A stretch of 64,000 nt of DNA from assembly GCA_964016885.1 (NCBI GenBank), contig OZ024740.1, positions 417,260,001 through 417,324,000 on the forward strand. The letters run 5' to 3'. This document shows, in pieces, positions 41,177 to 52,054 of this stretch. This stretch comes from Eledone cirrhosa (taxonomy: Eukaryota). Position numbers and translations under genes: made by a program. The notes beneath the pieces were generated by a model, which worked only from the letters and a program-made list of their open reading frames with translations, did not search any database and was not told where the DNA came from. Within the stretch, counting starts at the first letter, position 1. The number at the start of each line of letters is the position of its first letter.

Positions 41177-41689
41177 GTTGATCATTCTTCCTCTCTCTCG
41201 CTCTCAATTCACTCACAAAATCTCTCTAAAACAACATTTTTGTTTGTTTTGTTTTTTAAAATAGGATTTAAAGTAAAAATCTGAAGACCAACATCTGGAA
41301 TTAGAAGTGATTTTTAATTGATTTTTCGATCTTATTGGACCTTCATGAGAAGCTGTGTGTATCACCCAATCAACCATAAGGAAACATGTATTTGAATGCC
41401 AACAACAATAGGACAGAAACCCCATTACTCACTAACTCTGTTATTTCTACAATATTGACAGATATCAAAGTAGTAATGATACAGGGAAATATTTGAAGTT
41501 TGATGACAATAAAATGTAGGTCGTCTGATCAATGTTCTTCAGATTAGTTACTGTAGTTTCATTGAATTATTTTTAAATGTCTGATAATATAACAAAACAG
41601 TTGTAAGAAATATTTGGTGTTGATAGAGAATATAAAACTGAAGGATTGAAAGAAGAAAAATCAGCAGAATCTCCAGTTTGAGGTGATGG

Positions 41690-42103
41690 AATACCAGAGT
41701 AAATATCTCACAACAGGTATATTGTTGTGACTCTCTACAAAACTGGAGTGACTATCTCACAACAGGTATATTGTCATGACTCTCAACAATACCAGAGTAA
41801 ATATCTCACAACAGGTATGTTGTTGTGACTATCTCACAACAGGTGTATTGTTGTGACTCTCAACAATACCAGAATGACTATCTCACAACAGGTGTATTGT
41901 TGTGATTCTCAACAATATATGAGTGACTATCTCACAACAGGTGTATTGTTGTGATTCTCAACAATATCTGAGTGACTATCTCAAACAGGTGTATTGTTGT
42001 GACTCTCAACAATACCTGAATATCTCACAACAGATACATTGTTGTGACTCAGCAATACCTGAATACCTCACAACAGGTATATTGTTGTGCCTCTCAGCAA
42101 TAT
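41690..42103. repeat. Degenerate ~50-bp minisatellite (~9 units) with an internal hairpin
   Basis: Unit gagtgactatcTCACAACAggtgtatTGTTGTGActctcaacaatacca; 8-bp inverted repeat in most units. Confidence 0.9.
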
Positions 42104-42170
42104 AAATCATAAACTAACCAAAGAATTGGTATCAGATCTTTAGGGAAATGTTACTAGTGTCTTTATTGAA

Positions 42171-42421
42171 CCCTTTTGATACCAAACCCCCTGAAACTGC
42201 CTTAGATTTATGATACAAAACTGTTCTTTTAAAATGTTTATCCTTATATTAAAACCTTTCACGATAATTTTAGTTTAGAAAGTTTTGTTAAGTATTGTTC
42301 TAAATATCAACTTACTAATGAAAAACTTAGTTATTTTATTGAATTCTACCAAATTTTTGGTTATTTTCAAAATTTAAACAAATAAGCAGTGTATTTCATT
42401 AGAAATATGGTAATGAAAGGG
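42171..42421. mobile_element. TTAA-type (piggyBac-like) MITE, decayed
   Basis: tgaa|CCCTTTTGATACCA .. TGGTAATGAAAGGG|ttaa; internal part is similar to ~20080-20200. Confidence 0.65.
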
Positions 42422-42730
42422 TTAAAATAAAATCTTTGAACCACTTAATTATTTAGAAGCTAGACTTAAGCACTTGTACATGGGCCCTTTTCATTAACTA
42501 ACCTAAACAATAATGATTTAGTAAAAAAAAAAAAAGATTACAAAGAAAAGATATTCACAGATATCTGTACACACACATATATCTGTACACACATATATAT
42601 GTGTGCACACACATATATATGTGTACACACACACATATATATGTGTGTGTGTGTAAAAGTAATAACAAAACAAACGGCACATTAATGGAAGAAATATATT
42701 AGTTTAATGCTCAAAATAGCAGGAAGAGAG

Positions 42731-42766
42731 TCTTAACGTTTCGGACAGTAGTCCTTCATCAGAAGA
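42731..42766 (-). ncRNA. Minimal type I hammerhead ribozyme
   Basis: Minus strand: TCTT CTGATGA A GGAC-tact-GTCC GAAA CG T T AAGA; palindromic stem III AACGTT; GUU cleavage triplet. Lies in a ~250-bp element (~42655-42890) next to a (TG/TA)n tract. Confidence 0.85.
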
Positions 42767-43169
42767 TAGAGTTAGAAATAGAAGATAAATAGAAAGTTAA
42801 GAGTGGTGAGAGGAATGAACAGGGAAAATGAGAAGAAAAAAAACGTGCGTATCATAGTAAAGAGTTATTGTCAAACAGCTGAGGTCATGCCATTTCAATG
42901 GTGAACAAAGTTTTGTTTACATCTATTTAGTTTTTTATTGCGTATCAACCTGGTGTGTGTATTTATATATAAAGCAATTATGGAAACAAAATGAAAGCTG
43001 CATGAAGTGATGCAGTGAAGGCAATCCATCTAGGAGAGTGGTAACTTCATAAATACTGATACAGCATCAGGAGAGATTTTAGTTCTAAGAGAGGTCATCT
43101 GGTGTGAATGGCACAGGAAAATCTATAGATTCCATGCTATAGAATGGTTGGCAATACAGTGGGGGTAGG

Positions 43170-43675
43170 GGATGATGGTGATGGTGATGATGGTGGTGAT
43201 GGTGATGATGGTGGTGGTGGTGGTGGTGGTGGTGGTGGTGGTGGTGGTGGTGAGAGTGGTCGTGATGGTAGTGGTGATGATGGTGTGGGAGTGGTGGTGG
43301 TGATAGTAGTGGTGATGATGATGGTGGGTGTGGTGGTGATGGTAGTGGTGATGATGATGGTAGTGGTGATGATGATGGTGGGTGTGGTGGTGATGGTAGT
43401 GGTGGTGGTGGTAGTGGTGATGATGGTGGTGGGAGTGGTGGTGGTGGTGATGGTGGTGGTGGTGGTGATGGTAGTGGGAGTGGTGGTGATGGTAGTGGTG
43501 ATGATGATGGTGGGAGTGGTGGTGATGGTGGGAGTAGTGGTGATGGTGGCAGTGGTGGTGATGGTAGTGGTGATGATGGTGGTGGGAGTGGTGGTGATGG
43601 TAGTGGTGATGATGACGATGGTGGTGGTGGTGATAATGATGATAATTATGATGGTGATGATAATGATGATGATGA
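43170..43675. repeat. (GGT/GAT)n trinucleotide repeat
   Basis: Direct reading. Confidence 0.95.
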
Positions 43676-44000
43676 GAGGAGAGGAGAAGGAAGAGAAAGA
43701 GGAGCAGCGTGAGATCTAACAGATTTCTATTGCTAAATAATCTCATTGAAACATACAACAGGTTTAATATTCTTTATTAATGAAGCATTTATAGCAAATG
43801 AAATGGATCATTGCATCATTATCATTGTTGTTGCTGTTTGTTATCATCCATTTGCACCATATTGAGAGGAAAATAAACCAGTGGTTCCGAACCTTTTGTG
43901 TACCATGCCCCAACTTAACATCTAAAAATGTTATCTCCCCCACCTTGCCTCTTTGATATGAAAACAGCAATGATCAACTGCAAAGTCTAAACAAATTGAT

Positions 44001-45254
44001 GTATAAGTGGTTCCAGATACACAATAACATGTGGTGGAGGTGAGACAGGAGTTTCTGACAGTAATGTGTACCAAAGTTACCTTGGTATAGGTGGTTCCAG
44101 ATACACAATAACATGTGGTGGAGGTGAGACAGGAGTTTCTGACAGTAATGTGTACCAAAGTTACCTTGGTATAGGTGGTTCCAGATACACAATAACATGT
44201 GGTGGAGGTGAGACAGGAGTTTCTGACAGTAATGTGTACCAAAGTTACCTTGGTATAGGTGGTTCCAGATACACAATAACATGTGGTGGAGGTGAGACAG
44301 GAGTTTCTGACAGTAATGTGTACCAAAGTTACCTTGGTATAGGTGGTTCCAGATACACAATAACATGTGGTGGAGGTGAGACAGGAGTTTCTGACAGTAA
44401 TGTGTGCCAAAGTTACCTTGGTATAGGTGGTTCCAGATACACAATAACATGTGGTGGAGGTGAGACAGGAGTTTCTGACAGTAATGTGTACCAAAGTTAC
44501 CTTGGTATAGGTGGTTCCAGATACACAATAACATGTGGTGGAGGTGAGACAGGAGTTTCTGACAGTAATGTGTACCAAAGTTACCTTGGTATAGGTGGTT
44601 CCAGATACACAATAACATGTGGTGGAGGTGAGACAGGAGTTTCTGACAGTAATGTGTACCAAAGTTACCTTGGTATAGGTGGTTCCAGATACACAATAAC
44701 ATGTGGTGGAGGTGAGACAGGAGTTTCTGACAGTAATGTGTACCAAAGTTACCTTGGTATAGGTGGTTCCAGATACACAATAACATGTGGTGGAGGTGAG
44801 ACAGGAGTTTCTGACAGTAATGTGTACCAAAGTTACCTTGGTATAGGTGGTTCCAGATACACAATAACATGTGGTGGAGGTGAGACAGGAGTTTCTGACA
44901 GTAATGTGTACCAAAGTTACCTTGGTATAGGTGGTTCCAGATACACAATAACATGTGGTGGAGGTGAGACAGGAGTTTCTGACAGTAATGTGTGCCAAAG
45001 TTACCTTGGTATAGGTGGTTCCAGATACACAATAACATGTGGTGGAGGTGAGACAGGAGTTTCTGACAGTAATGTGTGCCAAAGTTACCTTGGTATAGGT
45101 GGTTCCAGATACACAATAACATGTGGTGGAGGTGAGACAGGAGTTTCTGACAGTAATGTGTACCAAAGTTACCTTGGTATAGGTGGTTCCAGATACACAA
45201 TAACATGTGGTGGAGGTGAGACAGGAGTTTCTGACAGTAATGTGTACCAAAGTT
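44001..45254. repeat. 84-bp tandem repeat, ~15 near-identical copies
   Basis: Unit gtataggtggttccagatacacaataacatgtggtggaggtgagacaggagtttctgacagtaatgtgtaccaaagttaccttg; essentially one A/G variant site. Confidence 0.98.
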
Positions 45255-45341
45255 GCAAAGGTGTAAAAGTAATATGGTAAAACCTTAAGTTTGTTCTCAT
45301 TAAATATTCACTGGAATAAACCTACAGGTATGTCTAAAATA

Positions 45342-45517
45342 AAGGTCTAAAGTCTGACTCAAGCTCAGAGGCTCATCTGGCTGGTGATTATCGTGGTTTC
45401 CGTGGTGTGAAGCAACTGAGACTAGAAGACTCTCCCCTGGATAGGACACTAGTCCATCACAGGGTTAAACTCCCCAGCTACTGCTGGTACTCATTTTCAG
45501 TTGAATATGCTGGAGCA
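45342..45517 (-). mobile_element. SINE body/3' end, same family as 47562-47830
   Basis: Reverse complement shares ctgaaaatgagtaccagca, ttaaccctg and agtcagacttta with the 47562 copy. Confidence 0.75.
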
Positions 45518-45613
45518 TACAATATAAACTTAGTGAAGTAAAGACTCAGTCACATACAATGGCTATCAGTTAAGAAAGGTGAGGCAATATAAAGATATGT
45601 AGTTAGCAGTGGC

Positions 45614-46488
45614 ATAACTAGAGATGGTACCAGGGGCGTAACTAGGGATGTAACTAAGGATTTAACTAAGGATGTAACAAAGGATGTAACCAGAGGTGTA
45701 ACTAGAGCTGTAACTAGGGATATAACTAGGGATATAACTAGGGATGTAACTAGGGATGTAACCAGAGGTGTAACTAGGGATGTAACTAGAGATGTAACTA
45801 GGGATGTAACCAGAGGTGTAACTAGGGATGTAACTAGAGATGTAACCAGAGGTTTAACTCGAGCTGTAACCAGAGGTGTAACTAAAGATGTAACTAGAGA
45901 TGTAACCAGAGGTGTGACTAGGGATGTAACCAGAGGTGTAACTAGGGATGTAACTAGAGATGTAACCAGAGGTTTAACTAGAGATGTAACCAGAGGTGTA
46001 ACTAGAGCTGTAACCAGAGATGTAACTAGGGATGTAACTAGGGATGTAACCAGAGGTGTAACTAGAGCTGTAACTAGAGATGTAACTAGGGATGTAACCA
46101 GAGATGTAACTAGGGATGTAACCAGAGGTGTAACTAGAGCTGTAACTATAGATGTAACTAGGGATGTGACCAGATATGTAACTAGGGATGTAACTAATGA
46201 TGTAACTAGAGATGTAACCAGAGGTTTAACTCGAGCTGTAACCAGAGGTGTAACTAAATATGTAACTAGAGATGTAACCAGAGGTGTGACTAGGGATGTA
46301 ACCAGAGGTGTAACTAGAGCTGTAACCAGAGATGTAACTAGGGATGTAACTAGAGGTGTAACTAGAGCTGCAACTAGGGATGTAACTAGGGATGTAACCA
46401 GAGGTGTAACTAAGGATGTAACCAGAGATGTAACTAGGGATGTAACTAGAGCTGTAACTAGGGATGTAACCAGAGGTGTAACTAAGGA
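45614..46488. repeat. 12-bp minisatellite (GTAACTAGGGAT / GTAACCAGAGGT / GTAACTAGAGCT), ~72 units
   Basis: Direct reading; unit pairs reproduce the hAT TIR sequence CAGAGGTGTAACTAGGG. Confidence 0.97.
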
Positions 46489-46651
46489 AAATAGCACCTA
46501 CGGCAAGTAGTGAAATTGCGCCCCTGCCCAAACATGACACCCATCTTTCAGATACCCATAAAACGAGCTCAAATACACTAATCACATTTGTTAATTTTTT
46601 AATTGAAAACAATACATGAATTTTTTACCTAGGGGCTTAATAATATATATT

Positions 46652-46839
46652 TTGTATATACTTGAATATTAGCCAAGACAAATATAAGCCAACCCCACTA
46701 TTTTATGTCTGAGAAATAGGCAAAAATCCAACCTTATTTACATAGAATTTGAAGTTGGTGAAAATCATCAAAATATTGACCCCAAATATAAGCCAACCTC
46801 TTTCTCCATATTCCTTGGCTTATATTTGCGTATATATGG
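46652..46839. mobile_element. Tc2/pogo-like MITE, copy 1 (nested in the hAT element)
   Basis: Imperfect TIR tgtatatacttgaatattagcc / ggcttatatttgcgtatata; internal repeats of aatataagcc; homologous to 47967-48174. Confidence 0.7.
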
Positions 46840-47120
46840 CGTCACGCAGTAATACAGAAGACCCGACTTCTCACGGGTACAAGCTGAAGCATATAGACAA
46901 TATGCTCCCACTGTAATATGGTTGTGGAGGTGCCACAGCAAAAAAGCACCCAGCACTCACTGTAAATGAGGTTGGTGTTAGGAAGTGCATCCAGCTGTAG
47001 AAATCAAGCCAGAATCAGTTCCCGTATGAGCAAGACAAGGTCAGCCTACTGGATACTGCCCACAACAGGGCAACTTGTCTAACCCATGGCGTGGAAGAAT
47101 GGGTGTAAAACGGTGATGAT
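46840..47120 (+). mobile_element. RTE-type retroposon 3' portion
   Basis: Colinear with 61182-61535; ends aacccatggcgtggaagaatgggtgtaaaacggtgatgat. Confidence 0.8.
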
Positions 47121-47561
47121 ATATGGTATATAACTGGTTTAATGATCCAGCCACCATAGTGCTTCTCACTCATGATAATCAAAGACAGATCATACATCTG
47201 AAGAAGTTTCTTTCTTTACTCTCCGACAATATCTGACTTTAATGGAAAGTGATTCTAGTCCATGTGGCGCCTGTGGCATGTGCAATGATTTCCACACCCT
47301 ACTTACACCTCTGGTAGTTAGAAAGAAACAACAAATTGTTGAAATGATAAAAGGGTAATTATAGATGAAACAGAGTAGAAAAGTGAAACCAAACACTAAA
47401 CATTATATGCCTCACTGTGAAAATAAAGAAGTGTAAATACACTTTCTGTTGATCTTTTTCTACACAGAAAAATGCAACAAACTGCTTTCATGTGTTTCAC
47501 AGATTTTTGTTCAGTCATCAGAAAACAACTACCTTTAACTGAGATAGCCAATCTAATTTTA

Positions 47562-47830
47562 TGGAGGTGTATGGCCTAGTGGTAAGGGCGTTGGACTTAC
47601 AATCATAACATTGTGGGTTTGATTCTTGGACTGGGTTGTGTTTTGTTCTTGAGCAAAACACTTCATTTCACATTGCTCCAGTGTACTCAGCTGAAAATGA
47701 GTACCAGCAGCAGCTGGGAATTTAACCCTGCAATGGGCAATCTTGTACTCTCAGTCACTTAATGCCACAGAAACTGGGATAAGCTCCAGACTGGTGAGCT
47801 TCCTGGCTCAAGTCAGACTTTAGGCTTAAA
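47562..47830 (+). mobile_element. Full-length tRNA-derived SINE with TSD
   Basis: A box TGGCCTAGTGG, B-box-like GGTTTGATTC, CORE-like cttgagcaaaacactt; TSD CCAATCTAATTT at 47548-47559 and 47831-47842. Confidence 0.88.
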
Positions 47831-47966
47831 CCAATCTAATTTACTTGATCTTGATCTTCTAATATATGCTGTGTTGTGTGTAAATATTGTTACTTCATTA
47901 ATTGCCACATGAATGTATATCATGTCACCGACAACTTCAGTTAAGTTCTACATTGTATTTGACATA

Positions 47967-48174
47967 CTCTATATAGTCAAATATAAGCCAATATGAATAT
48001 AAGCCGACCTCACTATTTTATGTCTGAGAAATGGGGATAAAAATCAAAACCTTATTTATGTAGAATTTGAAGTTGATAAAAATTGTCAAAATATTACCCC
48101 TGGATATAAGCCGATCCCTTCTACCATTGATGTTTTGGTCATATATTCCTCAGCTTATATTTGAGTATATACGG
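47967..48174. mobile_element. Tc2/pogo-like MITE, copy 2
   Basis: TA|ctctatatagtcaaatataagc .. gcttatatttgagtatatacgg|TA. Confidence 0.75.
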
Positions 48175-48363
48175 TAAATAGCAACTGTTTTAAGATCCTT
48201 TGATAGGCAAAATCATAGGAATATGATGAACAGACAAAAATGTATGAAACACGTAAAGACTGATGGTTTTGTTTGAGTGGTAGGAATAACTAAAATATGT
48301 TTACACTTATTTATTTTCATAACAAAGTTTATAATTCAAAAACAGTAGTTATATCTACATTAA

Positions 48364-48583
48364 CCCTTTAGCATTACATTACTTTATATTTACTTTTGTA
48401 TTTTTGTGGTAAAGGCTTTACCTTACATAATTATCTCACATAATATAGAGTCTATGAAATTTTAATATTATTTATTTTGAGAACAATACCTTAATGTCAG
48501 TATGAGCGGCCAGTTACGGCTAATTTGAACAGATAGAGGTGAGAGAATTCTGGCCGGATCTGGCCAGTTTAAATGCTAAAGGG
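48364..48583. mobile_element. piggyBac-type MITE
   Basis: TTAA|CCCTTTAGCATT .. AATGCTAAAGGG|TTAA: perfect 12-bp TIR and TTAA TSD. Confidence 0.88.
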
Positions 48584-49449
48584 TTAAATATATTTTAGTT
48601 CGTCTGATGTATTGTGTTGTGTATAGATATTTATTATTTTAATTAATTTATTTAAAGCTGTTACAAATCATTAACTATTCTGAAATTTTATGTCTTCTAT
48701 TTTGCATGTATGTATAAAGATATTTAAAAAATGTATATGAACAAATACACACACGTGTGTGTGTAAATGCATATATTTTTCATAGAAAAATCTCTTTTCA
48801 TATTGAAGAAATTTTAATAAGATATAGTCTATGAACTTTTCAGCCAACCCTCGTATACTAAACGTATGCATAAGTCATTATTATTGAAACTTTAGTCAAA
48901 GTGTGCAGAAGTCATTATATATCTCAAAAGAGACATGTAATGAAGGGAAGTTTTCCTGTATGTAGGAAGAAAATAATCTTTATTTGAGAACTATAAATAA
49001 ATAAATATTACATATTCAAATTTGTGGGAATATTGTTTGTGAATAGCAGACAGATTTATATAGCTTGGGAAAAAGATTGTATAATGAAAGTTGTATATTA
49101 GTTGCTTGAATAGACCTACAGGTATTGGAAGATATAATAGACACTCAATAGAGTAAAGATTTAATCTCAAACATTTCTGGCTAATTTGTCAGGACTTACA
49201 TGAAATAAAAGTCACTGAGGAAGGTTCAAAATTATATTGCTGACCTCTGTGCATGCATAGATGGTCCTGTATCTCTTGAGAGGGATGTAGGGGTGCCATA
49301 TTGACATACGGCAGTTCTAGGGTATTTCTTTTTAACCTGGCAGAGCCCATCTCCTCTCCAAGTCTGAATACAGCAGAGTTCTAGCAGAGAAGGATAGAGA
49401 TTGAGAGAAAGGGAGTGAGGAAGAAATATAGAAGAAGAATCAACCCCAG

Positions 49450-49455
<6 letters not shown>

Positions 49456-49546
<91 letters not shown>

Positions 49547-49588
49547 GTGTGTGTGCGTGTGTGCATGCGTGTGTGTGTGTGTGTGTGT
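49456..49588. repeat. (TG)n microsatellite
   Basis: Direct reading. Confidence 0.97.
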
Positions 49589-49794
49589 ACAAAATATAAA
49601 ACAATAACATTTTTGCTTAATGCATTTAATTGCTGACGATTGTTTGCATTAAGCAAAAATTTGATTGTTTTATATTTTGTATTTCTGCTCTGTAATACAT
49701 CTGATAATTTAAATTGAGCTATTTTTCTTACTGGTAATCGGGTAGTACAACATACTACCCTTTCGTATTTATAATTGTATATAGTTTATATATA

Positions 49795-49941
49795 TCATCA
49801 TCATCGTCATCATTTTACGTCCGCTTTTCCCTGCTTACAAGGGTTGGACGGATCCTATTCAGCATCTCTCCACTTGTCATGGTCCTTCGTCATCTCCTCG
49901 GTGAGTTTCAGCGATCTGAGGTCTGCTCTCACCACCTCCGC

Positions 49942-49943
<2 letters not shown>
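49795..49943 (-). mobile_element. RTE LINE 3' end
   Basis: Minus strand encodes WAEVVRADLRSLKLTEEMTKDHDKWRDA, then ggacgtaaaatgatga tail; homologous to 61966-62185. Confidence 0.8.
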
Positions 49944-49970
<27 letters not shown>

Positions 49971-49975
<5 letters not shown>

Positions 49976-50354
49976 ATTACGCATGAAGCAAATTATTCAT
50001 TACAGAAATTACCGAATACGTTTTTACATTAAATATTGATTTACGAACGTTTCATGCCTTATTGGGACTTATCAAAATCAGTTATAAGTAAATATCTCAT
50101 AAGTCTCACCAAACAGTCAGAGAACTGTTTACATTTTAAAAAGATGCCATAATGTTATGCCGTCTTTTTAAATGTAAACAAATTCTCTGACTGTTTGGTA
50201 TAGAGCCGTTTGGTGAGACTTATGAGATATTTACTTATAAATAACTGATTTTGATAAGTCCCAATAAGGGATGAAATGTTCGTAAATCAATATTTAATTA
50301 AAAATATATTTGACAATTACTTTAATGAATAATTTACTTCATGCGTAATTATTA
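49971..50354. repeat. ~380-bp imperfect palindrome (fold-back)
   Basis: taataattacgcatgaag.. pairs with ..cttcatgcgtaattatta; arms continue to a centre at ccataatgttatgc (~50147-50160); right arm has two small insertions. Confidence 0.95.
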
Positions 50355-50589
50355 TTTTTAACACAATAGGATTTTGTACACGTGCTTGTTTGAAAAATAT
50401 TTCAAGGAAATGGGAAACAGCCTTTTGTACAGTTTATTATAATAAATTACCATAATTTGAGCTGTTTTAACTTCTCCACCTACCTCCTTTCAATTCTTTT
50501 ATATTCTTTTTGTAAAAAACGATATTTTTTCATACATATATTGCAAGCAGGGAAAAGCGGACGTAAAATGATGATATATATATTTATAT

Positions 50590-51295
50590 ATCATCTAACT
50601 TATTCATGCTCATCTCACAATATATCCTTACTTACATTACTTCTGTGTTTTTTTTAATAATACATATCAACATTTTCTTTCCATCGCACATATTATTAAA
50701 CCCTTAAAATTATTCTTAATACATATTAACATTTTCTTTCCATCGCACATATTATTAAACCCTTAAATATTATTCTTAATACATATTAACAATTTCTTTT
50801 CATCGCACATATTATTAAACCCTTCAATATACAAACCTTAACTTTACATTACTTTTCTCTTCGTTAATTTTCAAATTCTTTTAATTTATACATTATCTTC
50901 AAACGGTTTTTCAACCTCTCTATGTAAAACAATATATTTTTCTCAGTTATAAAAGCTATCTCTCTCTCTCTATCAGCCATCTCTCCTCCTATCTCATCCT
51001 TCCTCATTATACTCCTCCCCCTCCACTTTTTACTCTCATCTCCTCCTCTTTTTCATCCTTTCCAACCCCCCCCCCCCCCTCAAACAAAATTTTTTCCCCA
51101 ATATCACACATCAATCTAAAACTACTTTTCATATGTTGATTTAAAACTGCACTATCCACAAGTGTTTTTAACCTTCATATCATGTCCTCCTATTTTATCT
51201 GATGAAAACACAAATGTTATTGCATGATGATATTTGTTTTTGAAATGCGCATAATAAAATACATGGAACTCATTTAACCATCTTTTGATCTTATA
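50590..51295 (+). mobile_element. Solo PLE-type 3' UTR/pLTR fragment with hammerhead, copy 1
   Basis: Colinear with 62557-63470; pyrimidine-rich; internal ~60-bp repeat x3 (~50660-50830); ends in (TA)n. Confidence 0.75.
51191..51261 (+). ncRNA. Type I hammerhead ribozyme
   Basis: TATTTTAT CTGATGA [16-bp stem II with one mismatch, loop GCAT] GAAA TGCGCA T A ATAAAATA; palindromic stem III ATGCGCAT. Confidence 0.9.
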
Positions 51296-51320
51296 TATTA
51301 TATATATATATATATACGTG

Positions 51321-51367
<47 letters not shown>

Positions 51368-52054
51368 GTGTATATGTATATATATATATTTCCAATAGCC
51401 GAAATACGATTCTCGCTAATTTATATTTGTATTAATCTCCAGAGTCTAGCTATTGACCAGTAATTTTCTTGATTTCTTTAGTTGATTCTATTGACTGATG
51501 AATAGCTTTTGTTAACTTTAAAACCATTCTGTTGAGAACTTAATTCGTTTTGTGATATTTTGCAATAATAATACACATACTGAATTCATCTGCCAAAAAT
51601 AAGGGTTGCCTCCCTTGTCGAGCCCCACTTGGGTATTGGTAACGGTCAATCCTTGGCCTGGCACTTGAACTAAAAGCCTGTTGAGAAAGTGACGTCCTTG
51701 TTCAATCATCTTACCAAGAGCTTAACATTATTTGTCTAAGCGGACAGTACTTGATTTAGGAGTCGCAGAAACCCAAATGCTGGATTTCACCAACCATCCA
51801 GGGGTCCGGGTAAATTTTTCAATCATATTTTTTTTATTTGTTTGACCCGAATTACTTGGTCGTTTCTATGGCTGTGCGGATAATGGTTTAACCATCGTCT
51901 CAGTGTGTTTGGCCTTTTAACGTATGTTGTAGCTCTGGTTCATTAGAATCTATTGAGCGCTTGCCACACATCTCAGAATCTCGGAAGTTGTTTTTCGCTA
52001 ATTTCCAATAACCAAAATACGATTCTCGCTAATTTATATTTGTACATATATATA

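Larger units (their letters stand above)
45607..47313. mobile_element. Non-autonomous hAT-type DNA transposon with an internal satellite and nested insertions
   Basis: Perfect 8-bp TSD GTAGTTAG at 45599-45606 and 47314-47321; imperfect TIRs CAGTGGCATAACTAG.. and ..CCCTACTTACACCTCTG; GC-rich subterminal motifs (tgcgcccc, ggcgcctgtggcatgtg). Confidence 0.85.

Noticed and set aside
44001-45254. C2H2 zinc-finger array (84 bp = 28 aa)
   Set aside because: No frame gives CxxC..HxxxH or a TGEKP linker.
44001-45254. Repeated 58-nt exons with 26-nt GT-AG micro-introns on the minus strand (ccaag|gtaact..tgtcag|)
   Set aside because: Intron too short for typical animal splicing, exon length not a multiple of 3, no transcript evidence.
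45550-46612. LVTS / VTRD / YIPS tetrapeptide ORFs
   Set aside because: Explained by the 12-bp TIR-derived satellite.
51855-51910. Minus-strand CTGAGACGA..GAAACG as a hammerhead
   Set aside because: Insertion in the core, no UH site, no stem I.
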